Source: Rebecca billardiae RCC1528 (taxonomy: Eukaryota; Protista; Haptophyta). Taken from it: 64,000 nt of DNA. The notes below the pieces were generated by a model. That model saw nothing but the letters and a program-made list of their open reading frames with translations. It searched no databases and was not told the DNA's origin. Of this stretch, positions 1-12,996 are shown piece after piece. The position numbers and the translations under genes were made by a program. Location: contig OZ251239.1 in NCBI GenBank assembly GCA_965240325.2, forward strand, positions 1,364,001 through 1,428,000, in the 5' to 3' direction. Positions within the stretch are counted from its first letter, which is position 1, and each line of letters opens with the position of its first letter.

Positions 1-3000
1 CTCAGTTGGCTTCACCTCAGCGGCGAGCTCAGCGCAGCGCTCGGCGCCGAGGCAGCGGGCGGCGCCGAGGCAGCGGGCGGCGCCGAGGCAGCGGGCGGCG
101 CCGAGGCAGCGGGCGGCGCCGAGGCAGCGGGCGGCGCCGAGGCAGCGGGCGGCGCCGAGGCAGCGGGCGGCGCCGAGGCAGCGGGCGGCGGCGGCGGCGG
201 CGGCGCGGCCGAGGGGCCGCGTGCGCCAAGCGGGCGGCCGCCCGCGCTGCTGGAGGAGCTCGGCGTGCGGCTCGGCTTGGTGCGCCCGTCGCAGCCCGCC
301 AACCCTACCCCCAACCCTACCCCCAACCCTGCTGCCCGCGCCGGCGCGGCCGGCGCGGCCGGCGCGGCTGGCGCGGCCGAGCGCGGCGCGCCACCGCGCG
401 CGCCGCCGTCGGCGGCGGCGTCGGCGGCGCCGACGCTCGCGCTCGCGCACGCGTGGGTGCTGCACGAGGGCTCGCGGCTCGCCGGCGTGCGCGCCGTCCT
501 CGCGCACGGCCACCCGCTCATGGCGGGCGGCGCGCGCGTCGAGTGTGTTGCGCGGCGCGTGCGCGCACACGCGGCCGTGCGCGCGCGCGCGCGCGTGGTG
601 CACGGGCGCATCGCGCCCGCGGACGGCGGCGGCGGCGGCGGCGCGGAGGGCGCCGCGCCGGGCGCGCCGCTCCCCGCCCTCCGCGCCGAGCTCGTCCTCC
701 CGGACTCGCTCACGGCCGGACTCGCCGCCGCGGACGTGAGCGTGCGCGCGGGCGGGCGGCGCGGCGCGACGCTGCGCGGCGCGAGGCTACGGCTGTGGCC
801 GGCGGCGACGGGGGCGTCGGCGAGCGTGGACGTGAGCGGTGCGCGCGGCGTGCGCGCGGGCGTGCGCCGCGACGCGTGGAGTGTGCGCGTGCACGCGCGC
901 GCTCACCACGCACGCCGCCGCCGCTGCCCCGCCGCCGCATGCCGCCCGCTGCGCCGCCTGCGCGCGCGCGCGCAGGCGGCGCGGCGCGCGGCGTGCGCGC
1001 GCGCGTGCGCGCCGCCGCGCCTCACATGAGCCTGCGCGCGGTCTCGGCGGTCTCCGGGCTGCCCGAGCTCGGCGTGCCGGCGGGCGCGCAGGTGCGCGGC
1101 GCGCTCGCGTGCGCGGCCGCGCTCGACGCCACCTGCGTGCTCGCGCGCGCGGCCGCGCCCGGCGCGCCGCCCTCGCCGCGGCCGCGCGCGCGCGCGCCGC
1201 CGCCGCCCGCCGCGGCCACAGACGCGGACGCGGCGGTCGGCGGCGGCGACAGCGAGGAGGAGGACGACGACGCCGGCGGCCTCCTCGCGTGGGTCGAGCC
1301 GGGCTCCGGCGTGCAGCTGGCGCTCCGCGGCCCCGCCGCCGTCTCACTGTGTGGGCGCTCGCTCAGCGTGGCGCGGGCGCTGCTGGAGGTGCGCCCGCAG
1401 CAGGCAGCACCGGACTGGGCAGCACCGGACTGGGCAGCACCGGACTGGGCGTGGGCGTGCGTGCGTGCGCGGCATGGCGTGTGTGCGCGCGTGCACGCAC
1501 ACGCCGGCTCTCGCCTGACGCGTCCCCTGCGCCACCGGCACGTGCCCCGCGGCGCGCGCGCGCGCGCGCCCACGTGCATTGCAGGTGCGCGCGCAGACTG
1601 TGTGCGCACTAGCGCTGCGCACACGCGCGGCCGCGGGCCAAGTGTCGGTGGCGTGGGACTTTGGTCCGGCGGAGGGCGCGGGCGCGCTGCCGCCGCGCCG
1701 CGCGGGCGAGGCGGTGCGCTGGCAGCTGCCGCCGCCGCGCTCGGCCGCAGAGGTTGCAGCGCTCGCGCCGCGCGCCGGCAGCGGCGGCGGCGGCGGCGGC
1801 GGCGCGGACGGCGGCGGCGCGACGCCGCCGTCACCGCTGACGCCCCGCGCGCGCGGCGGCGACGGCGGCGGCGGTCCGGTGGGCCCCGCGCTCACGGCGC
1901 ACTCGCCCGACGGCCGCGTCGTGGGGAGCTGCGAGCTGCTGCTGCCGCAGCTGCACCGCGCGGCCGTCTCGCTCACGCTGGGCGCGGACGGGCAGCTCGG
2001 CATCGGCGGCGCGCGCACGACGTCGAGTGGGGGCGCCGGCCTTTTTGACGAAACGTTCTTCCGCTGCCTCGTCAATCCGGCCGCGCACCCGGAGCGGGTG
2101 GTGGCGCTGCTCGACTCGGAGGCGGTGGCGCGGCGCATCGCCGAGCTCGCCGCCACGCTCGACGCCGACGCGGAGGCGGAGGCGGAGGCGGAGGCGGCGG
2201 GCGCCGAGCGCGGCGCGGCTGAGCGCGGCGGCAGCGGCGGCGGCGGCGTCAACGCGCCGGGCGGCCGCGCGGTGGCGACGAGCCCGCGCGCCGCGCGCGC
2301 CGCGCGGCCGCGCGCACGCGGCGGGCGGCGCGTGGCGCTTGGCCCGGCGGCGCGCCGCCTGCTCGCCGGCTGGGCTCGCTTCCGCCGCGTGCTGGCCGCG
2401 CATGCCGTCAAGCAGCCGCTCCACGTGATCCCCGCGCCCGCCATGGCCGCCGTGCTCGCGGCGCTGTGCTCGGACGACCGGCGGCACGCGGCCGCCATGC
2501 TGCAGCTCGTCACGCAGCTCAACGCCGCGGCGGGCGTGGACGTGCCCCTCGCCAAGGCCGTCCTGCGGGACGTCCTCAAGACCGCCGGGCTGTGGCCGAC
2601 CGCCCAGCGCCAACGCCGCGGCGGTGGCGGCGCCGACGGCGATGGCCCGGGTGGCGAGGGCGAGGGCGGAGGCGACGGCGGCGCGGCGTGCGACGGCACC
2701 GCCGGCTCGGACGCGGCGTGGCGCGGCGGCGACGAAGGCGACGGCGGCACCGGCGGCGGCGCGGAGGCGGCCGTGGAGTTCGCCCTCGACCGCGCCGTGC
2801 GCTGGGCGGCGCTGCTGCTGGCGCCCGCGCCGCCCGTGCCGCCGCGCCCGCCGCCGCCGCCGCGCCCGCCGCTCGCGTTCCGAGCGGAGCTTGCGGTCGA
2901 GCTGGCCGCTGTGCCGAGCGCGGCGCAGCTGTACGCCGCGGTGGGCGCGGAGGGCGGCGGTGGCGCGGGCGACGAGGTCGAGGGCGAGGCCGAGCCTGGC

Positions 3001-6000
3001 GACGGCGACGGCGCCGACGGCGGCGGCAGTGCGCCGCGCGGCGGCGGTGGCGACGACGCCGCTGAGGACTCGGGCGCGCGCGCGCTGCCGCCGCCGCCGC
3101 CGCCCGCGCCCACCGAGGTGGCGCCGCTCGTCGCCGTGCTCGCGCCGTTCATGGGCCTGGCGCAGCTCGAGGCGCTCCTCGCCGCGCGCCGCGCGCCGCC
3201 CCCGACCGCGCCGCACCCGCCGCCGCCGCAGGCCGCCGCGGCCACCGCCGCCCCCTCCGCAGCCGAGCCGGCGGCCGCGGACGCGGCCCGCGCGTCGGGA
3301 GACGCTCGGCTGTGGGCGCGCGCGGCGGAGGTGGCGAGGCTCAAGCGGCGCGTCGCCGCGGTGGCGGCGGCGTACGACACGATCACCGCCGTCCCCCAGG
3401 TGTGTGTGCGCGCGCACGCAGTGCGTGCATGCACGCACGCGCGCAGCGTGCGCACGCGCGCACGCGCGCGCGCGCGCACGCGCCGCGCGCACACGCCGCG
3501 AGTCGGCCGCGGCCCCGCGCCACGCTTACACCGCGCGCGCGCCGCGCGCCGCCGCGCGCAGGCATGGGCCATGTCGTCGTGGCTGGCGCAGGCCGTGCGC
3601 GCGTGCGGCGGCGCGGCTCGGCTGGACGCGAGGGCGCGCGCCGCGCGCGCGTCGCCGCCGCCCAGCCCGCCGCGCCGCGCGTCGCCGCCGCCGGGCGCGG
3701 CGGGGGGCGGCGACGACGGCGGCGGCGGCGGCGGCGGCAGCGCGGCGCGCGGCGCGGCGGCGGCGAGCACGGCCCCCACCGCCGCCGCGCCGCGCGAGTG
3801 CTGCGCGCGCGCGGCGCGCGTGCGTGACTGCTGGGGCAGCTCTTTGCTCGGCCCCGCAGATGTAGCCGCGCTGCTGCAGTCGTGCCTCGGATCCGCGTGG
3901 CGCGGCCGGCTGGTGCAGCTGAACACGCGGCTGCTTCTCGAGCTCACCCTCGCGCAGCCGCCGCGCTTCGTCGCCGCGACGCTGCTCGAGCTCGGCGGCG
4001 GCGCGGCCTTCTCCCAGCGCCAGCTGGCCGGGGCGCTCTTCGCCCTCCTCGAGGTCGAGCAGGAAGCGTTTTGCGCCGACGAAAGGCTGTGCGTGCCCGC
4101 CGCGCTCGAGGCCGGGCTGGGCGGCGGCGTGCAGTTTCCAGTACGCGCGCGGTACATGCGCGCCGGCCCGCTGCGCGAGCGCTCGTACTACGCCGACGTC
4201 TCCGAGGCCGCGGCGGCGGTCGCGCGCGCCGCGCGGCCGTACGCCGCGCTGCTGTCCCGGCTCACGCGCGCGTACCGCCGAGGCTACGGCCCGCGCCGCG
4301 GCGTGGCCGAGCCGGCCGCGGCCGCGCTGCCGCGCGCGCCGGCGCCGCGCGCGCAGCCGGCGCCACCCGCTCTCGGCGCGGCGCACGCGGCGATCGCCGC
4401 CGCCGACGGCCTCGGCGCGGCGTGCGTGCCCGAGCGCGCGCGCGGCTCGGCGGCGGCGTGGGCGGACGGCGCGGGCGCCGCCGTGCTCGCGCGCGCGCGC
4501 GCGGCGCGCGCGCACCTGCGCGCAGCCGCGCTCACGGGCGCGCTGCTGCGCGAGCGCCCGTCCGCGCTCGCGCTGCCGTGGGTGCGCGCGTACATGGCGC
4601 GCACGCACGAGGCGCTCACCGCACTCTCCGTGCTGCGCGCCGTGCAGAGCCGCGACGACGGCGGCGCGGCCGCGCGCTGGCTCGACGCGGTCGGCAGGCG
4701 AGCGCCGCCCGCCGGTCAGCCACTGCCTTACGGCGCGGCCGCGCTGCTGCCGGCGGCCGCGGCGGCGGCGGCGGCGGCGGCGGGCGACGGGGGCGGCGGC
4801 GTGGCGGGCGTGGCGCGCGCCGCCGCCGACGCGGCCGCGGCCGCCGCGACGGCCGCCACCGCCGCCGCGGCCGCGGCCGGCGTCGGCGCCGACGCCGCCG
4901 CCGCCGCCGCCGCCGGGCTCGGCGCTTCGCAGTCGCAGGCGCTCCTGCAGCGCGTGGTGCGCGCCCTGTACTTCGAAGCCTCAGCGCAGGAGCGCCTGCT
5001 GCAAGACCCGCTGTTGCGGCTGCTCATCGACCCGCCGCCGCCCGGCTCCGTGGGCTACGACTTCACTCTCGTCTCCGCGATGGGCGTGATCACCGAGGGC
5101 GCGCGCGGCGACGAGCTCGCGGCGACGTTCGCGCGGCTGCGCGCCGCGCGCGGCGTGCGCACCGTGCGCGCAGACACGGGCACGGTGCGAGGTCTCGTTT
5201 ACAACGGCGCGCGCGTGCGCGAGGCGGCGCGCGCCGTGCGCACGGCCACGTGGGGGTACGTCGGCTACTCGCAGGGGTGCACCAACGCGCTGTACGCCGA
5301 GGCCAGCATGGCCGCCGGCGCGCCCGAGGACGCCGCGCTGCTGCGAGGGCTCGTGTGCCGCCGGCTGCTCTTCTCAGCGGCCAACGGCTCAGCGCACTCG
5401 ACGTGCGGCGAGTGGAAGGTGCGCCCAACCCTAACCCTAACCCTACCCTAGCCCTAGCCCGCAAGCAGGGGGCGGCCCCGCCGCCGCCCCTGCTGCCGCC
5501 GCCCTGCGCACGCTGCGTGCGCCCCGCCGCCAGCCCCTCGCCCCCGCACCCCAACGCAGCCCGCGCCACGCCCCCCGCCACGGCGCGCGTGCGGTGCGGT
5601 GCGCGCGCAGATCCGACACGCACTCGTCCGCGCAGAGCTCGGTCTCAAGGCGCACGAGGCCGCCTTCTCCGCGCAGGCGACCGCGGCGTTCCTGGGGGCG
5701 CTGCGCACGCTCTTCGAGGCGCCGGGCGCGGCGCACGCGCTCGGCTCGCTCGCGAGCCTCTCGCGCGACGGCGTAGTGGAGCAGCTCTGGGAGGGAGCGG
5801 CGCACAAGCGCTGGGTGCCAACGGCCGCGCTCGCCGCCATCGTGGAGGCGCACTCGCTGCCCGAGGCGCTGCACCAGTTTAGTCACGTGCTGAGCGCGCA
5901 GATCGAGTCGGCGGCGCACGACACGCAGGTGGCGGTGGACGAGGCGGCGCTGCACCCGGTGGGCGTGCGCAACGGCAACGCGCGCATGCTCCACCGCTGC

Positions 6001-6207
6001 GCCGTCCCCTCCGCCGTGCAGCGCACGCACCACTGGTCGCCGCTCGACCGCGCGGTCGACTTTGTGCAGACGCCGGCCGACGTGGCGCGCGGCGTGTACG
6101 ACTCGCCAAAGGACCGGCACGTGGTGCCGTGGATCGAGACGCTCGCGCGCTTCGGCGTCATCCCGCGCTGCGAGCCGCCCGAGCCCGCGGCGCCCGCGGC
6201 CGAATAA
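1..6207 (+). CDS. Large 5'-partial multi-exon protein with a C-terminal alpha/beta-hydrolase-like (GxSxG) region
   Basis: Frame 1 is open from base 1. Phase-consistent GT-AG introns at 881-975, 1389-1584, 3400-3561 and 5419-5610 join the ORF segments. The C-terminal part has WGYVGYSQGC (nucleophile-elbow-like), FSAANGS and THHWSPL, and stops at 6207. Confidence 0.7.
43..190 (+). repeat. 18-bp coding tandem repeat, about 8 copies, encoding AEAAGG
   Basis: GGCGCCGAGGCAGCGGGC repeated head to tail in the open frame 1. Confidence 0.9.
1404..1449 (+). repeat. 15-bp intronic tandem repeat x3
   Basis: GCAGCACCGGACTGG occurs three times inside intron 1389-1584. Confidence 0.85.
5427..5460 (+). repeat. 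Short interstitial telomere-like (CCCTAA) tract in an intron
   Basis: AACCCTAACCCTAACCCTACCCTAGCCCTAGCCC begins 8 nt after the start of the 5419 splice donor. Confidence 0.7.
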
Positions 6208-6699
6208 GCCATCATCGCGGGCGGCATCGTCGTCCGAACCTGCGCTAGCTATGCATGCCACCTGCCGAGTGTATGTGCGGCATGCTGGTGGCTGGCTGCG
6301 CTGCAGTAGCCAATAAGCCGCCGCGTGCCTCGCGCTGCCGTAATCAGCTATATATATATCTTGCCGGGTGGCCAGCAGGCGCGAGTAGAAATAAGCGCCG
6401 GCCGTTGCCCCGGTTCCGCGCCCATGATCGACGACACTGTTAGGCGGGCCTGCGCTACCGAGTACGACGTAGTAACGACTGCTGCTGCTGCGGAAGTCAT
6501 CGGCGCGCGCCTGCCGATGGCCGCCGCCCGCAACTGCATATATGCGGAGTGCGGACACACGCCGGTCGTCACGCTCCGGCCCGACGCGCCCGACTATACT
6601 AGCAGACGGGACGGGGCTGCCCCAGCACTCCCAGCAGTATCGGGCCGGCGGCCGCATGCGCAGCGTTTATACGGTTTCCGGTCGCCATCAGACGCCCAC

Positions 6700-6732
<33 letters not shown>
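6700..6732. repeat. (TA)n microsatellite
   Basis: Seen directly in the intergenic region. Confidence 0.9.
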
Positions 6733-6733
<1 letters not shown>

Positions 6734-6887
6734 CGATGATGGCGCGGCCTACTACTCGTTACTCGACGAGTTCGACGACGATGATGAGTAGCGCGCGTTA
6801 TATGCGCGCCCGGCGCGGATCAGCCCGCGGTGCTGCCGCACCAGGCGGCACCAGTAGCGCCGCGGCGCGGCAGCCGGCCGCGCGACG

Positions 6888-9838
6888 CTACGGCTTGCCC
6901 TTCGCGCCGCCGCCGCCGCCGCCGCCGCCCTGCTTGCCCGCACGCGCCGCGCCGCCGCCGCCGCCGCCCTTCTTCTTCTTGAGGTGCTTGGGCGTCTTGG
7001 TCGCGCGCGCCTCGCGCCGCGCCTCGCGCACGGCGCGCTTCCGCTCGCGCTTTGCCTGGGGGTCCTCGTTGCGGTGCATCGCGCGCCGCGCGCGCCGCTC
7101 GCGCCGCGCGTCGCTGTCCGCGCCGCCCTCGCCGCCCGCCTCCGAGCCGGACCCGCTCGAGCCGTCGGCTTCGGAGTCGGCGTCGGAGTCGGACTGCGCG
7201 GCGCCCTCGCCCTCGCCCCCGCCGCCGCCCGCCGCGGCCGCGGCCGCGCCCTCAGCCTCGGCCGCGCCGCCACCGGCGGTGCCGCCCGGCCGCGCCGCGG
7301 GCGCGTGCTTGACCGCGAGCGACTCGTCGAAGCCGGCGAGTGAGGCGTACAGCGGGCGCGCGCCGCCCGCGCGCGCCGCCGCCGAGTCCGCCTCCATCTG
7401 CGCGCGCGGCACTTCGTCGAGGGTTCGGGGTATGTGCACCTGACGGAACACGGCGGCCGCGACCTCCGCCTCGGCGGCGGCGGCGCCGCCGTCGCCGCCA
7501 GCATCGCTCGAGCCCTCGCCGTCGTCGCGCGCGCCCACCGCCGCCTCCTCCGCCGCCGCGCGCGCGTGCAGCCTGCCCAGCTCCGCGCCCACCGCCGCCT
7601 CGTCCGCACCCGCCAGCGAGACGTCGGTGACGAAGTCGAAGAGCGCGCGCTCGGAGAGCACGGGGAAGACGCCCCAGCGGCGGAAGAACCTGACCACGTT
7701 GCTCACGTCGTGCCGCAGGAAGGCGAGCGCGTTCGGGTGGTCGTGCTCCACCGACTGCGACACGTCGATCACGTACAGCGTCTGCACGCACGCGCACGCA
7801 CGCGCACACGCGCACACACGCGCACACACGCACACGCACACGTGCGGAGAGGCGGCGGAGGCGGAGGCGGAGGCCGCGGGGCGGCTCGGCACGCGCGCGC
7901 GGAGGGCGCGGCGGGCGGGCGGGCGGGCGGGCGGCGGTGCCCGCGGGCGCGACGCTGCCCCGTGGGTGCGCAGCACGGCGCACGCGCGCGCACACACACA
8001 CCCGCCCGCCCGCAGAGCCGCACCTTGTCGTACCACAGCAGGTTGAACTCGGAGAGGTCTGCGTGCACCAGCCTGCACGCGTGGAACATGGTGCGCATGG
8101 CGCGCACGCACTGCGAGTACGCAGAGGCGAGCTTGGAGGCGGAGAGGCGCGGCGCGGCGTCCTTGAGGCGCGGCGCGGCGCGGCCGTCGTGCCCGACGAA
8201 GCGCATGAGCAGCACGTGCGCGCGCAGCAGCAGCGGCTGCGGCGTCGGCACGCCCGAGGCGTACAGCCGCAGATAGTTTCGCATTTCCTTCTCAGCCCAC
8301 GTGCGCACCATCTGTGGCAGCGCGCGGGCGGGGCGCGCGCGCGGCGCGCGGGCGGCGGGCAGCCACCGGGGCGGCGGCGGGCGGCGGCACAGAGCGCGGC
8401 ACGGGCGCGGCCGAGTGAGCGCCGCGCGCGCATCGGCGGCGGCCCGCGCCCAGGCCCGCGCGCCACGCTCCGCCCCGGCTGCCTGCATGCAAGCCCCCAC
8501 CGCTGCGCTAGTCCCCGCCCCCGCGCGCGCGCGTGCCGCCCCGCCCACCTTGCGCGGGTTCGCCTTGCAGTAGCCGTGGCGGAAGCGGAACTCGCCCGAG
8601 ACGTACTTGTCGCGGTCGCGGAAGACGAGGATCGACGTCTTGTACACCTGCGGCCGTGCACCGAGCACAGCCGCACACAGAGAGCCAGCCATGGGGCGCG
8701 GGCGCGCGCGCGCTGGTGAGAAGGGTGCGGCGAGGCGCGGCGCGGTGCACGCGCCACACGCGGGAGCCGCGCCGCGCCGCGCACTGGAGAGCCGCCGTGC
8801 GCGCCAGCCCCCGCACCTTCACCGCCAGCTCGGCGCCCTCCCTGTCCGTGGCGTGGTACACGTTGGCCTCCTTGCCCGTGGAGACGCAGCCCGCCAGCGA
8901 GGACAGCTGGCCGCTGTTGAGCAGCCGGAACAGGATCAGCCGCGTGCGCGGGTCCAGCACCTGCGGCCGGGGTGGGCGGGGGTGGGTGGGAAGGGCGTGG
9001 GCGCGCGGCGGCGGCCGGCCGGCGGGGACGACGGCTGCCGTCGCCGCGCTGGCGCGGCGGCGCGCGGGGGCGGACGCGGCGCGCGGGGGCGGACGCGGCG
9101 CGCGTGCCTGCTCGTTGGTCGCACGGTCCTCGCGCGCGAGGCCCGTCGCGCGCCGCCCCGCCGCCTTGCTCTCCGAGCGCGCCAGCGAGTTGCGCGCCAC
9201 CGAGCCCAGCTCAGACTGCAAGCCGCCGCCGCCGCCGCCGCCGTCGCCTCTCGCGCCGCCGCCGCCCGCGCCGCCGCCGCCGCTCACGCTGTCGCCCAGG
9301 TGGAGCGAGCGGTTGAGCCGGCGGGCGAGAGGCGCGGAGGCGTCGCCGCGCAGCCGCGTGGCCGCCGCGCCCACGCCGCGGATGAACGCGTCGTCGTCGT
9401 CTGCGGGGCGGCGCGCGCGCCGGCGCGGCCGGCGCCGAGCGCTGGTGAGCGGAGGCAGCATGGGGGCTGGCACGGCGCGCGCGGCACGCGGCGCGCATGG
9501 GCACGCGCGCGCGCACCGCCGAGCTCCTCGAGCGCGGAGCGGAGGGACGGGTCGTCCTCCTCCCACTCCTCCTCGCCCTCGCCTTCGCCCTCCTCCTCCC
9601 ACTCCTCCGCCTCCGCCTCCGCCCCAGCCTCCACCTCCTGCTCGCCGGTCGCGAGCGTCTCTGCAGCCGCGCGCGCCGAGGGGTCCGCTGCCGAGCTGGC
9701 CGCCGCCGGCGCACCGGACAGATCGGCGTTATCTACCGCCACTCGCGATGCGCGCAGCCCGGCCTCGGCGCGTGCGTCGGCCGGCGCTGTCGAGGGCTCG
9801 CCCGCCCGCTGGTCGGCGCGGAGCGTGTCAGCCGCCAT
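6888..9838 (-). CDS. RIO1: RIO1 atypical Ser/Thr kinase (40S biogenesis), 6 exons
   Basis: Motifs [87 protein letters not shown] and a basic C-terminal tail. Introns at 9401-9516, 8961-9107 (GC-AG), 8648-8816, 8312-8548 and 7782-8023. Confidence 0.95.
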
Positions 9839-9996
9839 CTCGATTCCCACGTCCGGCGCGTGGCCCTCTCTCGCTTGCTGCAGGCTGCAGCCGCTGAGCT
9901 TCAAGCAGCAGAGCCCGATTCGAAAGCGGGCGACGGGCACGCCGGCCAGCGCCGCACGGCGCGGCTCCGTGGCTCCGCCCGGCGGGGCCTCTGCCC

Positions 9997-10716
9997 ATGT
10001 CGTCCGCGCTGCGCTCCGGGCACGCGCGAGGCGTGCGGACCAACCGGACGAGTAAGCCGTCGTCCAAGAAGTGCGCGTGCGGTCGCGACTGGTGTCGCCA
10101 GCCCGTCGGCGAGGGCGACAGCGTGAGCTGGCCGATGAAAGCCAAGAAGCGGGAGGAGTACCGCAAGGCGCTCGCGATGTCCACGGAGTACGCGGACAAG
10201 CTGGTGCCCAAGCGCGACCGCCTCTGGCGCAAGCACTGGGCCGAGGAGCACATCAACCGCACGGGTGTGCGCGTGCGCGCGCGCGCGCGCGAGCGCGCGC
10301 GCCTGTGCGTGCGCTGAGCCGGTCTGCATGCGCGTGCGCCCGCGCCGGCAGGCAAGGTCATCACGGTGAAGGGCCCGCCGTCGCGCCCGTGGGCGGAGGT
10401 GAAGGGAGAGGTCGAGTCGGCGCGCCAGGCGAAGCACGCGGCGGAGGCGCGTGCCCGCGCCGTCGACACGGTGCGCGAGAAGCTCCCGACGATGTCGCCG
10501 GACACGCGCGCCGCCGTCCAGCTCCTGCTCGACGAGGTGGCCGCCAGTGAGCAGCGGGCGGCGATGGCGAGCGCGGATGTGGCCGCGCTGCGCGTGCGGC
10601 TGGCTATCGCCGAGGACGAACGACGATCAAGCCGCAAGCGGGCACGCCCCTGCCCCTTGGGCGGCGGCCGCCGCCTTGATGACGAGTGCCAATCGCCGGC
10701 ATCACGTTCGCTTTGA
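9997..10716 (+). CDS. Small 2-exon protein with a THAP-like N-terminus and a helical/coiled-coil C-terminus
   Basis: GT-AG intron 10265-10351 joins ORFs 9997.. and 10366..10716 in phase (..NRTG|KVITVKG..). The pattern CACGRDWC..SWP..REEY..RLWRKHW loosely resembles THAP. Divergent from RIO1. Confidence 0.55.
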
Positions 10717-11198
10717 TGTGACACTACCGTCGGAGTGCCGTTGACGATACGATACGATGACGGTCCTATACGTACGCAATTTCGACGACGACGACGATGA
10801 TGACGAGTGACAACGAGTCCCGAGTACGCTCATCCGGGGCATCGCATGGCTGGTACGTACGTATGTACGACATCATCCGACGCGCGGCGGTCGTCGTCGT
10901 CGGTCGGAGTCGTCGGAGCGGTCGCGTGCGTATCGACGTCGTCCGGTCTGCGCCGCCACTGCGGCCCGCCTGAGGCAGGCTGCATGAGTCGTACGTATAC
11001 GACTGCTGCTAATTAATGATGAGATCCGGTGGCGGGCTGCTCGCTCTCGGAACTGGCGCCGTAGTCGTCGTCCCGCGCGGCCCGCTACTTAGTGACGAGT
11101 GAGTTAGTGATGATAGCAGCAGACGCAGTCGCGCCGTCGGCGGTCGACCGCCCGCCGGGGCCCGGTAGCGTCGTACGTACGCAAGTGATCGGTGTAGA

Positions 11199-12738
11199 TT
11201 ACCAGCAGCAGGCGAGACGCAGACGCACGATGGGCCCGGGCAAGCTCATGCGGAGCTCCTGCGCCCCAGCCGCCATCAAGTTCAGGCTGCTGCCGATGCC
11301 GAGCGCGGCCGAATTCAGGCCGCACGAGTACACGACACCGTCCGACGTCACAAACAGCGCGTGCGTCGGACCAAGCGAGCAGCCCACCACGCGCACGTGC
11401 CCGAGCGTGGCCATGCACTCCTCCGGCAGCGCGCCGGCATGCTCGCCGTCATAGAAGCGCCCTAGGCCGAGCTGCCCAAAGTCGTTGTACCCGAACGTGT
11501 GCACGCTGCCGTCCGCGCCAACGACCGCGCTGCTGGAGCCGCCACAGCTGGCGCGCACGGCGCGCACGCCCGCCAGCGCCTCGATGCGCTCCGGCAGGGG
11601 GCAACACGCGCCACAGCCACCCGCGCGGCCGAGGCCACGGTAGCCGAAGGAGTGCACGCCCCCGGATGCGTCCACGACCAGGCTGTGCCAGTAGCCTGCG
11701 CTCACGTGCACGGCGCGCACGCCCGCCAGTGCCTTGACGCGCCTCGGCCTGAGCCGCACACACGGCCAGCCGCACACGGGGGCCGTGGTCGCTGAAGCCG
11801 AGCTGGCCAAAGTCGGCGTGGCCGCACGCGTAGACGGCACCGTCGGTGCCGAGCAGCAGCGTGTGCGTCGGGCCGCACGCAGCTGCGCCGACGCGCACGC
11901 CGTCCAGCGCCTCGACGCGCGTCGGCTCCCGCCGGTCCTTCTTGTCGCCGTGGCCGAGCTGGCCGTCCTCGTTGGCGCCCCAGCTGTACGCGCACCCGGC
12001 GGCGCAGAGCGCGAGGCTGTGCCAGAGCGCCGCTGCGATGCCGACGACAGTCTCGCGTTCGAGAGCCTGCAGAGCCACGAACGAGCGGCGCGTTGCCTTG
12101 TCACCCAGCCCCAGCTGGCCGAACGCGTTGTCGCCGCACGCGTACACGGCGCCGACGGCGCTCAGCGCGAGCAGGTGGGTCCGCCCGGCGGCCGCCGCGA
12201 CCACGCGCACTGCGGCCAGCGAGGCGACGCGTGTCGGCACGAGCACCTCGGGCGCACCCGGATGTCCGAGCGCAGCGCACCGTCTGTAGGTGCGCACCCT
12301 CCGCTCCTCGCCGCACGTGTGCAGCCCGCCCTCCGCGTCCACAAACGCGCTCAGCGCCACCCTCGGCACTAAGCCGTGATCTCGCTCCACTTCCTCACGG
12401 CGGGGCTCGTCCGAGTTGACGGCCACGGTGAGCGCGTGCGCGCACGCGAGCGCGTGCACGCGCTCGCGCGCGAGTAGCTCGTGCGTCCACGTGCCCACGC
12501 CGGCGGGCAGCGCCGCGGGCGGCGCATGCGCGGGGCCGCGCCGAACCGCGCGCTCGCGCAGCGCAAGCTCGACCGGCGAGCGGCCGCCCGGCACGCTTCG
12601 GAAGAGGCGCGCCGTCGCGTTGGCGCTCTCGAGGTCGCGCAGCGGCAGGTCGACGATAATGTGCGCGAGCACGTCGGGCGGTAGGTCGCGCAGCCCAGCT
12701 CGCGCCGCGCGCGCCGCAGGCCTCGTGCGTGGCGCCAT
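11199..12738 (-). pseudogene. F-box-like + RCC1-repeat protein with a frameshift (pseudogene or assembly error)
   Basis: N-terminal LRDLPPDVLAHIIVDLPLRDL and repeated G-x-N-x-x-GQLG / H-(S/T)-L RCC1 motifs. The frame switches at about 11752-11767. Close paralog of the next gene. Confidence 0.75.
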
Positions 12739-12996
12739 CACCCGCCACTTACGCCGGTGGTCGTCGGCTTCGCGGCCCGGGCCTGCGCGAAGCCGCCAGC
12801 CCGCGCGGGTGCGTGCGTCCGGCTGCCAGGGGAGGGGCGTCCGGGCCTCCGGGGGGGCTTGAGCCGTGATGAGCAACATGAGAGGTGAGACTTGAGAGCC
12901 TTGACGCCCTTGTATTGACAACGGTTGACCGTGTGACAGTGACAAGCAGCCGCCGCCCCGCAGGCACGCAACCACCGACTAGGCGCCCTCACGCCC

